Assembly (NCBI RefSeq): GCF_001194135.2
Contig: NC_068997.1
Location: 17,002,636 to 17,051,989, forward strand
Length of the DNA stretch: 49,354 nucleotides
Reading direction: 5' to 3'
DNA from: Octopus bimaculoides
Taxonomy: Eukaryota
The translations under genes were made by a program, and so were the position numbers. The notes beneath the pieces were generated by a model, which was not told the origin of the DNA, searched no databases, and worked only from the letters and a program-made list of their open reading frames with translations. Of the stretch, positions 36,029 through 48,532 are shown in pieces (the first letter of the stretch is position 1; the number at the start of each line of letters is the position of its first letter).

Positions 36029-36242
36029 NNNNNNNNNNNNNNNNNNNNNNNNNNNNNNNNNNNNNNNNNNNNNNNNNNNNNNNNNNNNNNNNNNNNNNNN
36101 NNNNNNNNNNNNNNATCTTTATGGAAGTTAAACAATGAAAGTATTGAAATCCATTTCGCGTCTTTTCACATTGGCATAATTAGTATTATTAAGATTATTA
36201 TTAAAATAACTAGCTGTTGTTGTTGTTGTCATTATTATTATA

Positions 36243-36298
<56 letters not shown>

Positions 36299-37084
36299 CA
36301 TTATTATTATTACTATGATTATTATTATTATTATTTAGAAATAAGTGAAAGTTGATTTGCTTTACGTACTGCTTGTAATTAAATACCTAATTAATTTCAT
36401 TCCTTTTTATTTCTCACTCTGTTAATCTAATATTTTTTAGTCTTTACAATTATATATATTTTTTTTTCAACTATTTCCGATCGCAAACAATAGAAAGAAA
36501 AATGTACTTTTTAAATGAAAACAAAATGAATATTATTATAAAATAAAGAATATAAAATTTTTTCTTGAAATTTACAGCTATTCATATTCACATATTTAAT
36601 ATTTTTCAATTTTTAAATGCAAATTTTAATTGTCGAATAATAAAGTGAAAATAATTCCTTTTTCTTACCGCTGCAATTGAAATAGTTATAGACAACACCT
36701 TCTTAGCATATAATTAAATATGGCATTCGCTATGGCACACACTCTACTTCTCTTATTAAAAAAAATGAAACAACACATTTTCACTCAACGTATCTCTCAC
36801 TCAATTACGTAGAAACTCCACCCGATAGGAATGGCAGCCAAACTTTACCGCATACTTTTTCAAAGTGCTTGCGAGTGTCATATAATCAATGATGCCTTTT
36901 CTATTGAGCTTTGAACTCTGTCTCCCAATTAGTAATCATTATCAGTCTCATATTAAAACAGTTTGAGACTTGTGGACTGGTAAAGTGGTCAGATCTTCAG
37001 GGTTGATTTGTATCCATTTTTATTCTGAATCAGAAACAGATTCTAGGGTTATCTTTCATCTTTCCGGCTTCGATTTTATAAGTA

Positions 37085-37280
37085 TTGGTAAGGCAGTGAA
37101 CTGATAAACTCGTTAGTGCGTCGGACAATATACTTAACAGCATTTTCTCCGTCTCATCACGTTCTGATATATAATTCGCGAGTCGACTTTGCATTTCAAC
37201 CCTCGAGGGTTAAGAAAGTAAGTACCAGTAAATTTATGGCATCAATGTAATAAACAGGCATTGTGCCTGTATGTGAAAGG
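37085..37280 (+). mobile_element. SINE family A, old diverged copy
   Basis: TAAGGCAGTGAACTG head, GTCGACTTTGCATTTC core, AAGTAAGTACCAG. Confidence 0.65.
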
Positions 37281-38324
37281 ACATAAGAATTGGTTAAGCG
37301 CTCAATTCAATTTAATCGACGACAACATCTCTAAACTTAGTGGTCGACTGATTGTGCTAAAAACCAGCATTATTGGATTAAGCATATTCAAAAACAGTAG
37401 AATACAAAATGTTCCAGTGTGTCAAAGATAGTCATGAATCTGAGCAAATGTTTCCAGTATTTAATTATGTTCCCTTATATTCTGATTTCGATTTCTTCTG
37501 TCGTTGAATTTGCATTTTAATCAAAGTTCATCGATGAATATCATTGGCACCTTTCTTAAACCAAAATATGCAATCTTGTTCCCCATCTAGAAATCTACGT
37601 ACATTGTTATTTTCATTTTACTGCTTTTAGTCAGTGAAAACATGTTAGAATACAATTATCTATATGTTTGTTTTCTTTTAACATATTTTCTCTTCTTTAT
37701 CTGTTTCTTTCTCTTATATCGCTGTTTATTTAATTTCATCAATCACGTTATCCTATTTTTTCTGTCACAAATAAACTTATTCAGACAACGTTGCTTTCAA
37801 AAATTAAGTGTAATATGTTTAGAATTCTGGCGTTTGCTAAATTACATAAAATCTCATACATAGGCTAGTTTCCGCCGGTATCTTATGAAACCTGAACGTA
37901 CGAAGGATAAAGTCAATCCCTAAAAGGATTACATCGGAAAACGCTAATACGCATAGCCATAGACTGTACGGCAATTTAATCAGAACTCTAAAATTCTGCT
38001 GATTCACTGCATCGCCATCATAAATAGTATTTACTCAAAACTGGGATAGTATAACAAAATTTAGTAGGAAAAATTCGTCTATTATATCAGTTAAGTACTT
38101 CACTAGTGGTTATTATAATTACATTTGTAGAAGTAGAAAATGTAAAATTAAAATAACTTTAAAAGTAGACCTCAAAATCGAAACGGACATTCTAAGAGTG
38201 GACGCCAATTCTTTCCAACGTTCAAAGTTTCTGCGAAGCAAACACAGAATCGTTATAGATTACATATATACCATTTTATACGACTATATAAAAAGAAAAA
38301 TATATTAATATAAAGATTTACTTA

Positions 38325-38438
38325 TAGAGCTTCAGTCCTACTTCGTGGCACCTTGGGCAATTGTTTTCTTGTATAGCCTCGGGCCGACCAAAGCCTTGTG
38401 AGTGAATTTGGTGGACGGAAACTGAAAGAAGCCCGTCC

Positions 38439-38493
<55 letters not shown>

Positions 38494-38694
38494 GTGTGTG
38501 CATATGTTTGTGTGTCTGTGTTTGTTCCCCCAACATCGCTTGACAACCGATGCTGGTGTGTTTACGTCCCCGTAACCTAGCGGTTCGACAAAAAGACCGA
38601 TAGAATAAGTACTGGGGTCGATTTGCTCGACTAAAGGCGGTACTCCAGCATGGCCGCAGTCAAATGACTGAAACAAGTAAAACAGTAAAAGAGT
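38325..38694 (+). mobile_element. SINE family B, 5'-truncated, with expanded internal (TA)n
   Basis: GTGGCACCTTGGGCAA...GCCTCGGGCCGACCAAAGCCTTGTGAGTG through the GTAAAAGAGT tail. Confidence 0.95.
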
Positions 38695-40324
38695 AAGGGT
38701 GAGCATGTTTTCACCCGCTCCATACTCTTAAAAAGATAGATTTCTCTTTTATACATAGAGCTTGGTTCCTATAACGTTTCGTCTGTCTGCAGCCGAATCA
38801 TAAGATGAGTCAACCAGTCACCGAGCTATGTTGACCAGTCAAATTCCTTAAGTAGGCAATATCTAACTAAAAAAGTACGGGCATATATACGCATGGATAC
38901 ACATATGTATAATATCGGAACACAATGAGTTTTCTACAAACGAGTTGTATTCACTGAAAATATTTTCCGTCGACATAATATATAAGAGAATTTATAAGCA
39001 TCTTCTGTTAATGAAGACCTTATAACCAGAATTTTGTGAAGGCAGATGTTATAACTTAAAGACTACAAGTAATGATAGAATAGAAAACAGGACCGATTTA
39101 TATCCTGAATATGAGGCTGAGATAGCTGGGCAAAAGTGAACTTCGGAAATTTGTTTCTCTAAAGGAACTACTAGGGTCTGATATACAGGTACGATAAAGC
39201 CTTAATAAAAGAGATTAAACTGAATCATTGTGTGTGTATGTGCGTATGTGTGTGCGTGTGTGTGTGTGTGTGTGTGCATGCACTAAATTCAAACAGATGG
39301 GTAGGTACGTACATATATACATACATAAATAAAAGTATACACACATGTACATACGCACGTGCGTGTAATTATGCATTTATGATTGCATATATATATATAG
39401 ATACACACAGGTATGCACATATGCATACACACACTCATTTAAATAGAGATATATAAAATATATGCAAGCATTCATATACATGCTTGCATACATGCATGCA
39501 TACATACATACATACATACAAACATACAAGCATACACAGATATATACACATAAACACTCATTTATATAGAGATAGATATATGAATGCATTCATCGATATA
39601 CATACACACATACATAAACATATACATAAACACATACACATACATTCTATCTTACATACATACATGCATACATACATACATACATACATGCATACATACA
39701 TGCACATACATACATACATACATACATGCATTCATTCATTCATGCATATATACATGTAAAAGCTCTGAAACAAAGGATTAGATTAAACTTCCTGAAATTA
39801 GAAATAATTCAGAATTTTCTGTCAATCAATAGGGCATGTGATCTGCTTTTCTTGCCAAAAGAAATTAGTATAAAGTATTGAAAATCATAGAATCAGTAGT
39901 TTAATGCTAATTATGATACTGTGAGGACAGGGGAAATATTACAGAATAAATTGCGTACTGATTATATATGGTATAATCTTGTTATGCAAATAATACAACA
40001 GATTGTGTGGATAGTACAGTAATAATTCTTGTCTTTCAAATATCTATTGTTCTCTCTTTATATCTATCATTGCCTCTCTAACTCTCTCGCTCACTATCTC
40101 TTTTTATCTTTTTCTAGATTTATCAGTCTCTTCCGCTCTCCTTTCTCTCTCTCCTGCTGTGTTTCCTTCTAATTCTCTCGGAGACATAAATATTTTCATC
40201 AATCCCTATCAATATTCTTTCTCCATCTTTCCCCAAACGTACATATATGCATAATTATGCTCGCACAGACACGTAGACGGATGTATATGCATATGTAGAA
40301 AGACATATATATATATATGCAGTG

Positions 40325-40367
<43 letters not shown>

Positions 40368-41179
40368 TCAGTGCAGCCATACACATAGAACCCCTAGATC
40401 GACATATCTATATCTATTTATCTGTCTATGTATGTATCTATGTATCTATCTATCTCTCCCCTTCTCTCTCTCTCTCTCTATATATATAATATATATACAT
40501 GCATATACACATTTATATACGCATGTGTATAAACGTACTTATATGTATATGTGAATATGTATACACACATACTTACAATAGTACTTATACACACATTTAC
40601 ACACATACACATATATATTTTATAAACAAATATGTAGAGATACATAGATACACAAATATATCACTCATAGTCATTAGAATGCTTATCTTTGTCTATAGAA
40701 TTCTCCATATATTATTATAAAATATGGTAAGTAATCATGTATTAATTAATATCGATTAATTACCAGGAAGCTAGCACATTTAAAGAATCAAAAAGATTCA
40801 GAAATAATATCTGCAATCTCAGGGGATTAAAGTACATTTTTATATATAGCGTTGACCACTAACGTGGACAATCAATGTGCTAGAATTAGATCACATAGGT
40901 ACATACATTCACACATATATACACGCATGCATCCAGCACTTACAACAAACATACACAGCTAATTCCTTTTTCTTCTTCTCGGTTTTCCTCTCTGTCTCTT
41001 TCCTTCCCTCAGTCTCTCTTTCTAATTTTCTCTCCAATTGAAATAATTTCGAATTAAATATCAGAGCCAGAAACTCTAATGAGCCACCGGAAATCCAGAT
41101 GACCCCCCCCCCAACTATACTCAGTGTTATAAGTTCTTTGACGAATATCTTCACCACTTCGTTAACTTAGACATACACA

Positions 41180-41210
<31 letters not shown>

Positions 41211-41561
41211 NNNNNNNNNNNNNNNNNNNNNNNNNNNNNNNNNNNNNNNNNNNNNNNNNNNNNNNNNNNNNNNNNNNNNNNNNNNNNNNNNNNNNNNNNN
41301 NNNNNNNNNNNNNNNNNNNNNNNNNNNNNNNNNNNNNNNNNNNNNNNNNNNNNNNNNNNNNNNNNNNNNNNNNNNNNNNNNNNNNNNNNNNNNNNNNNNN
41401 NNNNNNNNNNNNNNNNNNNNNNNNNNNNNNNNNNNNNNNNNNNNNNNNNNNNNNNNNNNNNNNNNNNNNNNNNNNNNNNNNNNNNNNNNNNNNNNNNNNN
41501 NGTGCATATATGTATATATATATATATATATATATTTGTATGTGTGTATGTATGTACGCAT

Positions 41562-41594
<33 letters not shown>

Positions 41595-42642
41595 GTTGAA
41601 ACTAGGGAATTCGTTCAGAAAATCCAAGAATCACAATGGGAATGAAGATATATTAAATAACCAAATAAGAAAAGTGGAACGAAAGGTGTTTATTCCATTT
41701 GTTAATAGCTGTTTCGTAATGTGTGTCTTGTTACATCAACATCGCTAAATCGTCCAACTCATATAAATACTAATGATAATATACATAGACACACACAAAC
41801 ACACACACACACACACACACATGCACACACACACACACACACGCACACACACACACACACACACACATGTATGTATGTATGCATGTATGTATGTATGTAT
41901 GTAGGTATGTAATTCTGCTGTAACATGTTGGAACTGATAAGTCATCGGAACAAATCATGACAAATGAATATATCGCGATATAGCTCCACTAATGTAACTA
42001 GACAAAAACTGCGAAACGGCTGTCAACAAATGGAATAAGCATTTATCTTCTCAATNNNNNNNNNNNNNNNNNNNNNNNNNNNNNNNNNNNNNNNNNNNNN
42101 NNNNNNNNNNNNNNNNNNNNNNNNNNNNNNNNNNNNNNNNNNNNNNNNNNNNNNNNNNNNNNNNNNNNNNNNNNNNNNNNNNNNNNNNNNNNNNNNNNNN
42201 NNNNNNNNNNNNNNNNNNNNNNNNNNNNNNNNNNNNNNNNNNNNNNNNNNNNNNNNNNNNNNNNNNNNNNNNNNNNNNNNNNNNNNNNNNNNNNNNNNNN
42301 NNNNNNNNNNNNNNNNNNNNNNNNNNNNNNNNNNNNNNNNNNNNNNNNNNNNNNNNNNNNNNNNNNNNNNNNNNNNNNNNNNNNNNNNNNNNNNNNNNNN
42401 NNNNNNNNNNNNNNNNNNNNNNNNNNNNNNNNNNNNNNNNNNNNNNNNNNNNNNNNNNNNNNNNNNNNNNNNNNNNNNNNNNNNNNNNNNNNNNNNNNNN
42501 NNNNNNNNNNNNNNNNNNNNNNNNNNNNNNNNNNNNNNNNNNNNNNNNNNNNNNNNNNNNNNNNNNNNNNNNNNNNNNNNNNNNNNNNNNNNNNNNNNNN
42601 NNNNNNNNNNNNNNNNNNNATATATATATATATATATATATA

Positions 42643-42790
42643 TAACCTAGTGGTTCATCAAAAAGAGACGATAAAATAAGGACTAGACTGAAAATTGTTG
42701 TGCTAGTTTCTATTTGTTCGACAAAACTCTTCATGACCATACACCTGCAATAATTTATCTTAAGCTGAAAATATAGATGAAGCTGTATTA
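42643..42790 (+). mobile_element. SINE family B, diverged 3' fragment next to a gap
   Basis: TAACCTAGTGGTTC..AAAAAGAGACGATAAAATAAGGACTAG resembles the B 3' part. Confidence 0.5.
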
Positions 42791-43544
42791 GCCTCAGAAA
42801 ACAAAAACGCAATGTAGTGTGTAACGAACACATATAGTGGAAGGTAAATTAAAACATCAATAGTTCAGATATAATACTTTTAGAATGAAGAAATACTATA
42901 AAATTTTCTAATTTCATCTGGAATGTGTATGAACATTCTATTTCATGTTAATGCCAAGCAGAAAATATTTGAAATCTGCAGCCTATAGTGGAATAAAATG
43001 AAACAATGCCGTTTATCTATGACTGAGAAAATATATAAATTGAAAATTATAACAGAACAGTTATTTAAATACATCAGATAGTATTACCAAATGTCACCAT
43101 CTTGTGATAACTACATCCTAAGTAACTGGAATAAAAAAAAAGCTCCACGGATTAAGGATGAAGACGTAACTGTCTTATTTCTTCTCTTCTATATACTTAT
43201 GCACCCTAATATTTTTAATCCTTTATCTTCCCGCTTTAAACTACTTTCCAACATCACTCCCTTTTCCCATCCTCTCTTCTATGCATGCACTATCGTCTTT
43301 CCAAAAATATATTTCTATATAAATTCGCATACGTCTTTTACCATTTCGTTAGCATCATGTATATCTATACTGAAGGAAGAAAGCATTTCCTCTTAGTGTC
43401 TGAGTACAAAGAATAATATCTGTTAGATATTGTTTAAAAAACCAGCTTGTAATACCGTTTCGTACATATTACAAAAGTAATATCTAAATCATTGGAGAAA
43501 AGTTTATTTTTGAATAAGCACGTAACTTGCTCCAGTTCACTTGC

Positions 43545-43900
43545 TTAAGGTGGACAGTGGACATCAAGTGGCTGCAAAGAATCCGAAATGACAAAATTGA
43601 GATGACAACGGACATCAACAAGATCAGAGACAAAATAAAACGAAAGACACTGGAACTGGATCAGAAACATCCTCAGACAAGATCGTGAGAGCGATTGTAT
43701 AGTGGTTCTAAAGAAGCAACCAGAGAGGGCAAGAGCAGTAGGGCTCCCTAAAACTACACGACAAAGGAACATTACAAGGAAAGACGTGAAATAGGGAGAA
43801 GCTAGAAAATCAGAAGCTGGAATGAGAGCAGAATAATGGCAGATAACAAAGCTGGCTAGAGAAATCGTGTTGCGACATTATGATCCACATCACTCTGAGA
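43545..43900 (+). mobile_element. RTE-like LINE 3' end, copy 1 (decayed)
   Basis: IKWLQRIRND...(frameshift)WNWIRNILRQDRESDCIVVLKKQPE...PKTT and SWNESRIMADNKAGWRE resemble the RTE C-terminus RRRW.WIGHVLR...W.PEGKR.RGRPKTTW. Confidence 0.8.
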
Positions 43901-44019
43901 CAAACAACTAAACCCGAGGTGCATAGCAGTAGTGTTAAAGGTGTCAAAAACCCGAATGCTTGCAACAGAGAGGATTTCACTGAAGGTACCCCAAAGTGTG
44001 TTGTAGTTTCTGTAACGTA

Positions 44020-44270
44020 GACGTTGGAAGTGGATCGACAAGCCCTCAGAGAAGATCGAGAAAGCAATTGTATGATGGCACTTAAGTGATGCCCTGAGGG
44101 GAAAAGAGGTGCAGGACGCCCTAAAACCACATACTGATGGACCATTAACAAGGAAAGGAGACTAGAAGGGTGGAGAAGCTGGAATGAGAGCAGAACAATG
44201 GCAGATAACAGAGCTGGCTGGAGAGATCGTGCTGCAGCTTTGTGGGCCTCATGATACGGAGAGAACTAAC
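44020..44270 (+). mobile_element. RTE-like LINE 3' end, copy 2
   Basis: ALREDRESNCMMALK*CPEGKRGAGRPKTTY*WTINKERRLEGWRSWNESRTMADNRAGWRDRAAALWAS*. Shares AGAAGCTGGAATGAGAGCAGAA.AATGGCAGATAACA with copy 1. Confidence 0.85.
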
Positions 44271-44504
44271 AATTAGAAGTTGAAGCTACGATATGTTATC
44301 TTTAATGCACTTTATCACATGTGTATATGTAACTTATAGCACATGCATTTCGTACAACCTAAATGTGTGTGTGTGCGCACGTGCACGTTTGAATGTGTGC
44401 GTGTGAGAGAGAGCGAACTCGGCAGTAATCAAGTATACAAGTAATATGTAGATATGATTGAGCGTATATAGACACACATAAACACACACACACACACACA
44501 CACT

Positions 44505-44542
<38 letters not shown>

Positions 44543-44649
44543 TACCCACTCTCTCACACTTATGCACACATACATACATACATACATACATACATGCATA
44601 CATACAAACATATATATGTTTGTATGTATATATATACACGTATACTTTC

Positions 44650-44714
<65 letters not shown>

Positions 44715-44757
44715 CATATATAGTCCCCACTTTCATCGTACCATATTAAATCCAAAA

Positions 44758-44808
44758 TTGTATATTCTAATCTATTTGTATATTCTAATCTATTTGTATA
44801 TTCTAATC
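44758..44808. repeat. 18-bp minisatellite, about 2.8 copies (TTGTATATTCTAATCTAT)
   Basis: Direct inspection. Confidence 0.9.
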
Positions 44809-44924
44809 ACAAATTTACGTATACTATTTAATTATTTATGCATGTGTCTACAGAGTGACACCTATATACACACACGCACGTGTACTTACGCATTCACACT
44901 CCCACACATGCCCCGTGTGTGTGA

Positions 44925-44955
<31 letters not shown>

Positions 44956-46427
44956 TATACACACGCACAAACATATATAATGATTATATATACATACACA
45001 TATATATAAATATGCACACAGATGCACACACATATATGCATGCATTAATGAATGTTTACACAGATGCATATATATGTGTGTGTGTGTGTATAGGGAGTTA
45101 TATATAAAGATAGACAGAGAGAGGAAATGTATGTGCAAGCATGTGAGTATGTGTCTATGATATATTTGTATTCGTGTATATTTGCATTTGTATTTGGAAA
45201 TGTACAGGAATATACATATATATGCATACACAAGCCACCCACTTACACAGACGTACAAAATCATAGAAAGACATACAAACGTATATATGGGTAAGTGCCC
45301 ATTCATACATGTATGTGTTTATTGTATATATATATATATATATATATATACATACATATATACGCATACTTCTATGCACTGCCTATTGGGCTCCTTGTTT
45401 ACTTTTCTATTAATGTAAGTAAAGGAAAACGAGTTGAATTTTTCGCGGAGCATGCCATCGAACATGACAAGTGTGATGTTTATATCTATATAGCGTATTG
45501 GAAAATAAATAATTCAATAAAATAAAATAAATTTCAAAACACACGTATTTGCTCTTCAGTCTTAATCCAGTGCCGGATTTCCTACTCATTCTGATTNNNN
45601 NNNNNNNNNNNNNNNNNNNNNNNNNNNNNNNNNNNNNNNNNNNNNNNNNNNNNNNNNNNNNNNNNNNNNNNNNNNNNNNNNNNNNNNNNNNNNNNNNNNN
45701 NNNNNNNNNNNNNNNNNNNNNNNNNNNNNNNNNNNNNNNNNNNNNNNNNNNNNNNNNNNNNNNNNNNNNNNNNNNNNNNNNNNNNNNNNNNNNNNNNNNN
45801 NNNNNNNNNNNNNNNNNNNNNNNNNNNNNNNNNNNNNNNNNNNNNNNNNNNNNNNNNNNNNNTATATATATATATATGTATATGTATATATGTAATTTTT
45901 CTATTTTATTTCAGAAATATTTACGAAATATTTCCGTCTTAGTTAAAGTAACGAATTAATGTAACGAAGTTTGAAAAAACGAAAGATAGTGCAAATGAAC
46001 GTTCTTCTTATTTTTTTTGTGTTTTTCTTATAATATTATAGAGATTATTGAAAGCGAATGTAAATTGATGTTCTGGAAAATGTGGGATGTGTGTGATTGA
46101 AGAACAAAATAACAAAAAAAACGAAAAGTGTTGGATAAACTTGTGTAATATATACATAGAGAATAAGACCCATGTACGTACCACGCACACATATATAGAC
46201 ACACACAGACAAACACGCACATACACGAATCTTTACTGCATGCCAATTTATGAACATTAAACGAATGTAATATATTTGAAATAATGCCTGCAATACGTAA
46301 GAACATGCATAGAAAATACAAAATCAAAGTATACTTTCCGCTCTGTCTCCACTCTGTCTACTCCCCTCTATTCCTTTTTATTCGCTCTTATCCCCCTCTC
46401 TGTATCAATCTTTCAATCTACCCCTTC

Positions 46428-46469
<42 letters not shown>

Positions 46470-47033
46470 NNNNNNNNNNNNNNNNNNNNNNNNNNNNNNN
46501 NNNNNNNNNNNNNNNNNNNNNNNNNNNNNNNNNNNNNNNNNNNNNNNNNNNNNNNNNNNNNNNNNNNNNNNNNNNNNNNNNNNNNNNNNNNNNNNNNNNN
46601 NNNNNNNNNNNNNNNNNNNNNNNNNNNNNNNNNNNNNNNNNNNNNNNNNNNNNNNNNNNNNNNNNNNNNNNNNNNNNNNNNNNNNNNNNNNNNNNNNNNN
46701 NNNNNNNNNNNNNNNNNNNNNNNNNNNNNNNNNNNNNNNNNNNNNNNNNNNNNNNNNNNNNNNNNNNNNNNNNNNNNNNNNNNNNNNNNNNNNNNNNNNN
46801 NNNNNNNNNNNATATAGTAATCTATTGTTTTACGTCTTTCTGTTTTTTAATTTTCTGGATTTGAGAATTGGTTTTTACATCCAAGGTAGGTTTCAGTTGC
46901 CACTAGTTGTTTGTTTACTTTCTCTCGAAGCAAAACACATGTATGAACTGAAACTTACATAGACGTATATGTATACACACCTCCATAGACGTATATATAG
47001 CTATGCGCATATATATTTATATGTGTGCGTGTA

Positions 47034-47096
<63 letters not shown>

Positions 47097-47228
47097 ATGT
47101 GTGTGTGTATATACATATATATATATGGCTAAATATATATGTTTATACACACACAGACACGTATATATATCTGCGTGTGTGTGTGTACGCGCGTGTAAAT
47201 ATAGATGTATGTGCACAGAAATTAAACA

Positions 47229-47266
47229 CCACACTGAAGAGGTCTACCACGACGGAAACATGACCG
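47229..47266 (+). ncRNA. Degenerate hammerhead-ribozyme-like motif
   Basis: CCACA-CTGAAGA-GGTC-TACCAC-GACG-GAAAC-ATGAC. The CUGANGA and GAAA boxes are intact and stem II is one substitution from perfect; the cleavage triplet and stem I are decayed. Confidence 0.45.
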
Positions 47267-47655
47267 TTATTTGCCAAGTTGCTTTGAAAATCCAAGCTTT
47301 TGCGAATAGTCTTTTCTCTATCGTTCAAAAACATATAACTCCTGAGATTTTTAAAGTGAATTTTGGGTAATGTTTCAAACATTTACTGGAGGGGGACTTT
47401 GTCTACCAGTTACTTGGAATATTCCAACGGATAAGTAATTACAAATTACTATTTTATATATGTAGGTACCTTATATATTTTAGATATTTTTCATTACTGC
47501 ATATAATCTACGAAAGTAAAATCATCCAGACATACCCACATGTGCACGTTTACAGTGACCTATGCATACATATCTGCAGAGACAAACAATAATATATTGT
47601 GTGTGTTTGTGTGTGTACAAATACTTATATGCGCATCTACATAATAAAAAGAATA

Positions 47656-47693
<38 letters not shown>

Positions 47694-47789
47694 TTGTGAC
47701 CAGATACGTATTTAATATAATATAATTTCCTGTGATATTTTCATGATTGGAACATTGATTGTCTGCAGTTAATTTTATAGCATATACAT

Positions 47790-47791
47790 AC

Positions 47792-47828
<37 letters not shown>

Positions 47829-47856
47829 CACATATACATATAGCATATATATACGT

Positions 47857-47943
<87 letters not shown>

Positions 47944-47967
47944 TATAAAGATATATATGCATATACT

Positions 47968-48000
<33 letters not shown>

Positions 48001-48050
48001 TCATGTATATATATATATATACATATATATATAGATGCATATATATATAT
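47790..48050. repeat. (TA)n-rich region with an uninterrupted (AT)40 run at 47861-47940
   Basis: Direct inspection. Confidence 0.95.
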
Positions 48051-48305
48051 GCTTATATAGATTTATATCTACGTCTGTAATCATACATATGTGTGTGAGT
48101 GTTTGTGTCTGTGTCAGTGGGTTTTCTTCATCAGAGCAAATGACGTTTAGAACAGTCAACCAGTAATCCAAATGACTACGTGGTCGATGATACTTATTGA
48201 ATGACACAATTTCAATAAACATTTATATTGAGCGACAGACAGTGAAGGAAAACTGAAGTACTAATAAGTCTCTCAAGTTTTATTTAATTTGCGTCTCGCC
48301 TGATC

Positions 48306-48372
48306 TTCACCGTAGCCTAGCTGGTAAACTGCTGGTGATTTGAATTAGCCAAGTTCGTTCGATTCCTCCTCG
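48306..48372 (+). other. tRNA-like Pol III A/B box remnant, probably a decayed SINE head
   Basis: TAGCCTAGCTGG (48313-48324) and GTTCGATTCC (48357-48366) at tRNA-like spacing, but the acceptor, D and T stems do not pair. Confidence 0.35.
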
Positions 48373-48384
48373 CATCTATTTTGG

Positions 48385-48532
48385 AGAGGCGCGGCAGTGG
48401 ATTAGATCGACATCATTACGCAACTGGTACTTAATTTACCGACATCGAAAGGATGAAAGGCAAAGTCGACCTCGGCGGAATTTGAACTCAGAACGTAAAG
48501 ACAGACGAAATACCGCTAAGCATTTCGTCCGG
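48385..48532 (-). mobile_element. SINE family A, head-truncated copy
   Basis: GAAAGGATGAAAGGCAAAGTCGACCTCGGCGGAATTTGAACTCAGAACGTAAAGACAGACGAAATACCGCTAAGCATTTCG. Confidence 0.9.

Noticed and set aside
3306-46962. Long ORFs made mostly of X
   Set aside because: They are open only because they run through N-gaps.
47417-47430. 14-bp palindrome TTGGAATATTCCAA resembling a heat-shock element
   Set aside because: Only two nGAAn units and no nearby promoter evidence.
48306-48372. tRNA gene
   Set aside because: Boxes are present but the cloverleaf stems do not pair.
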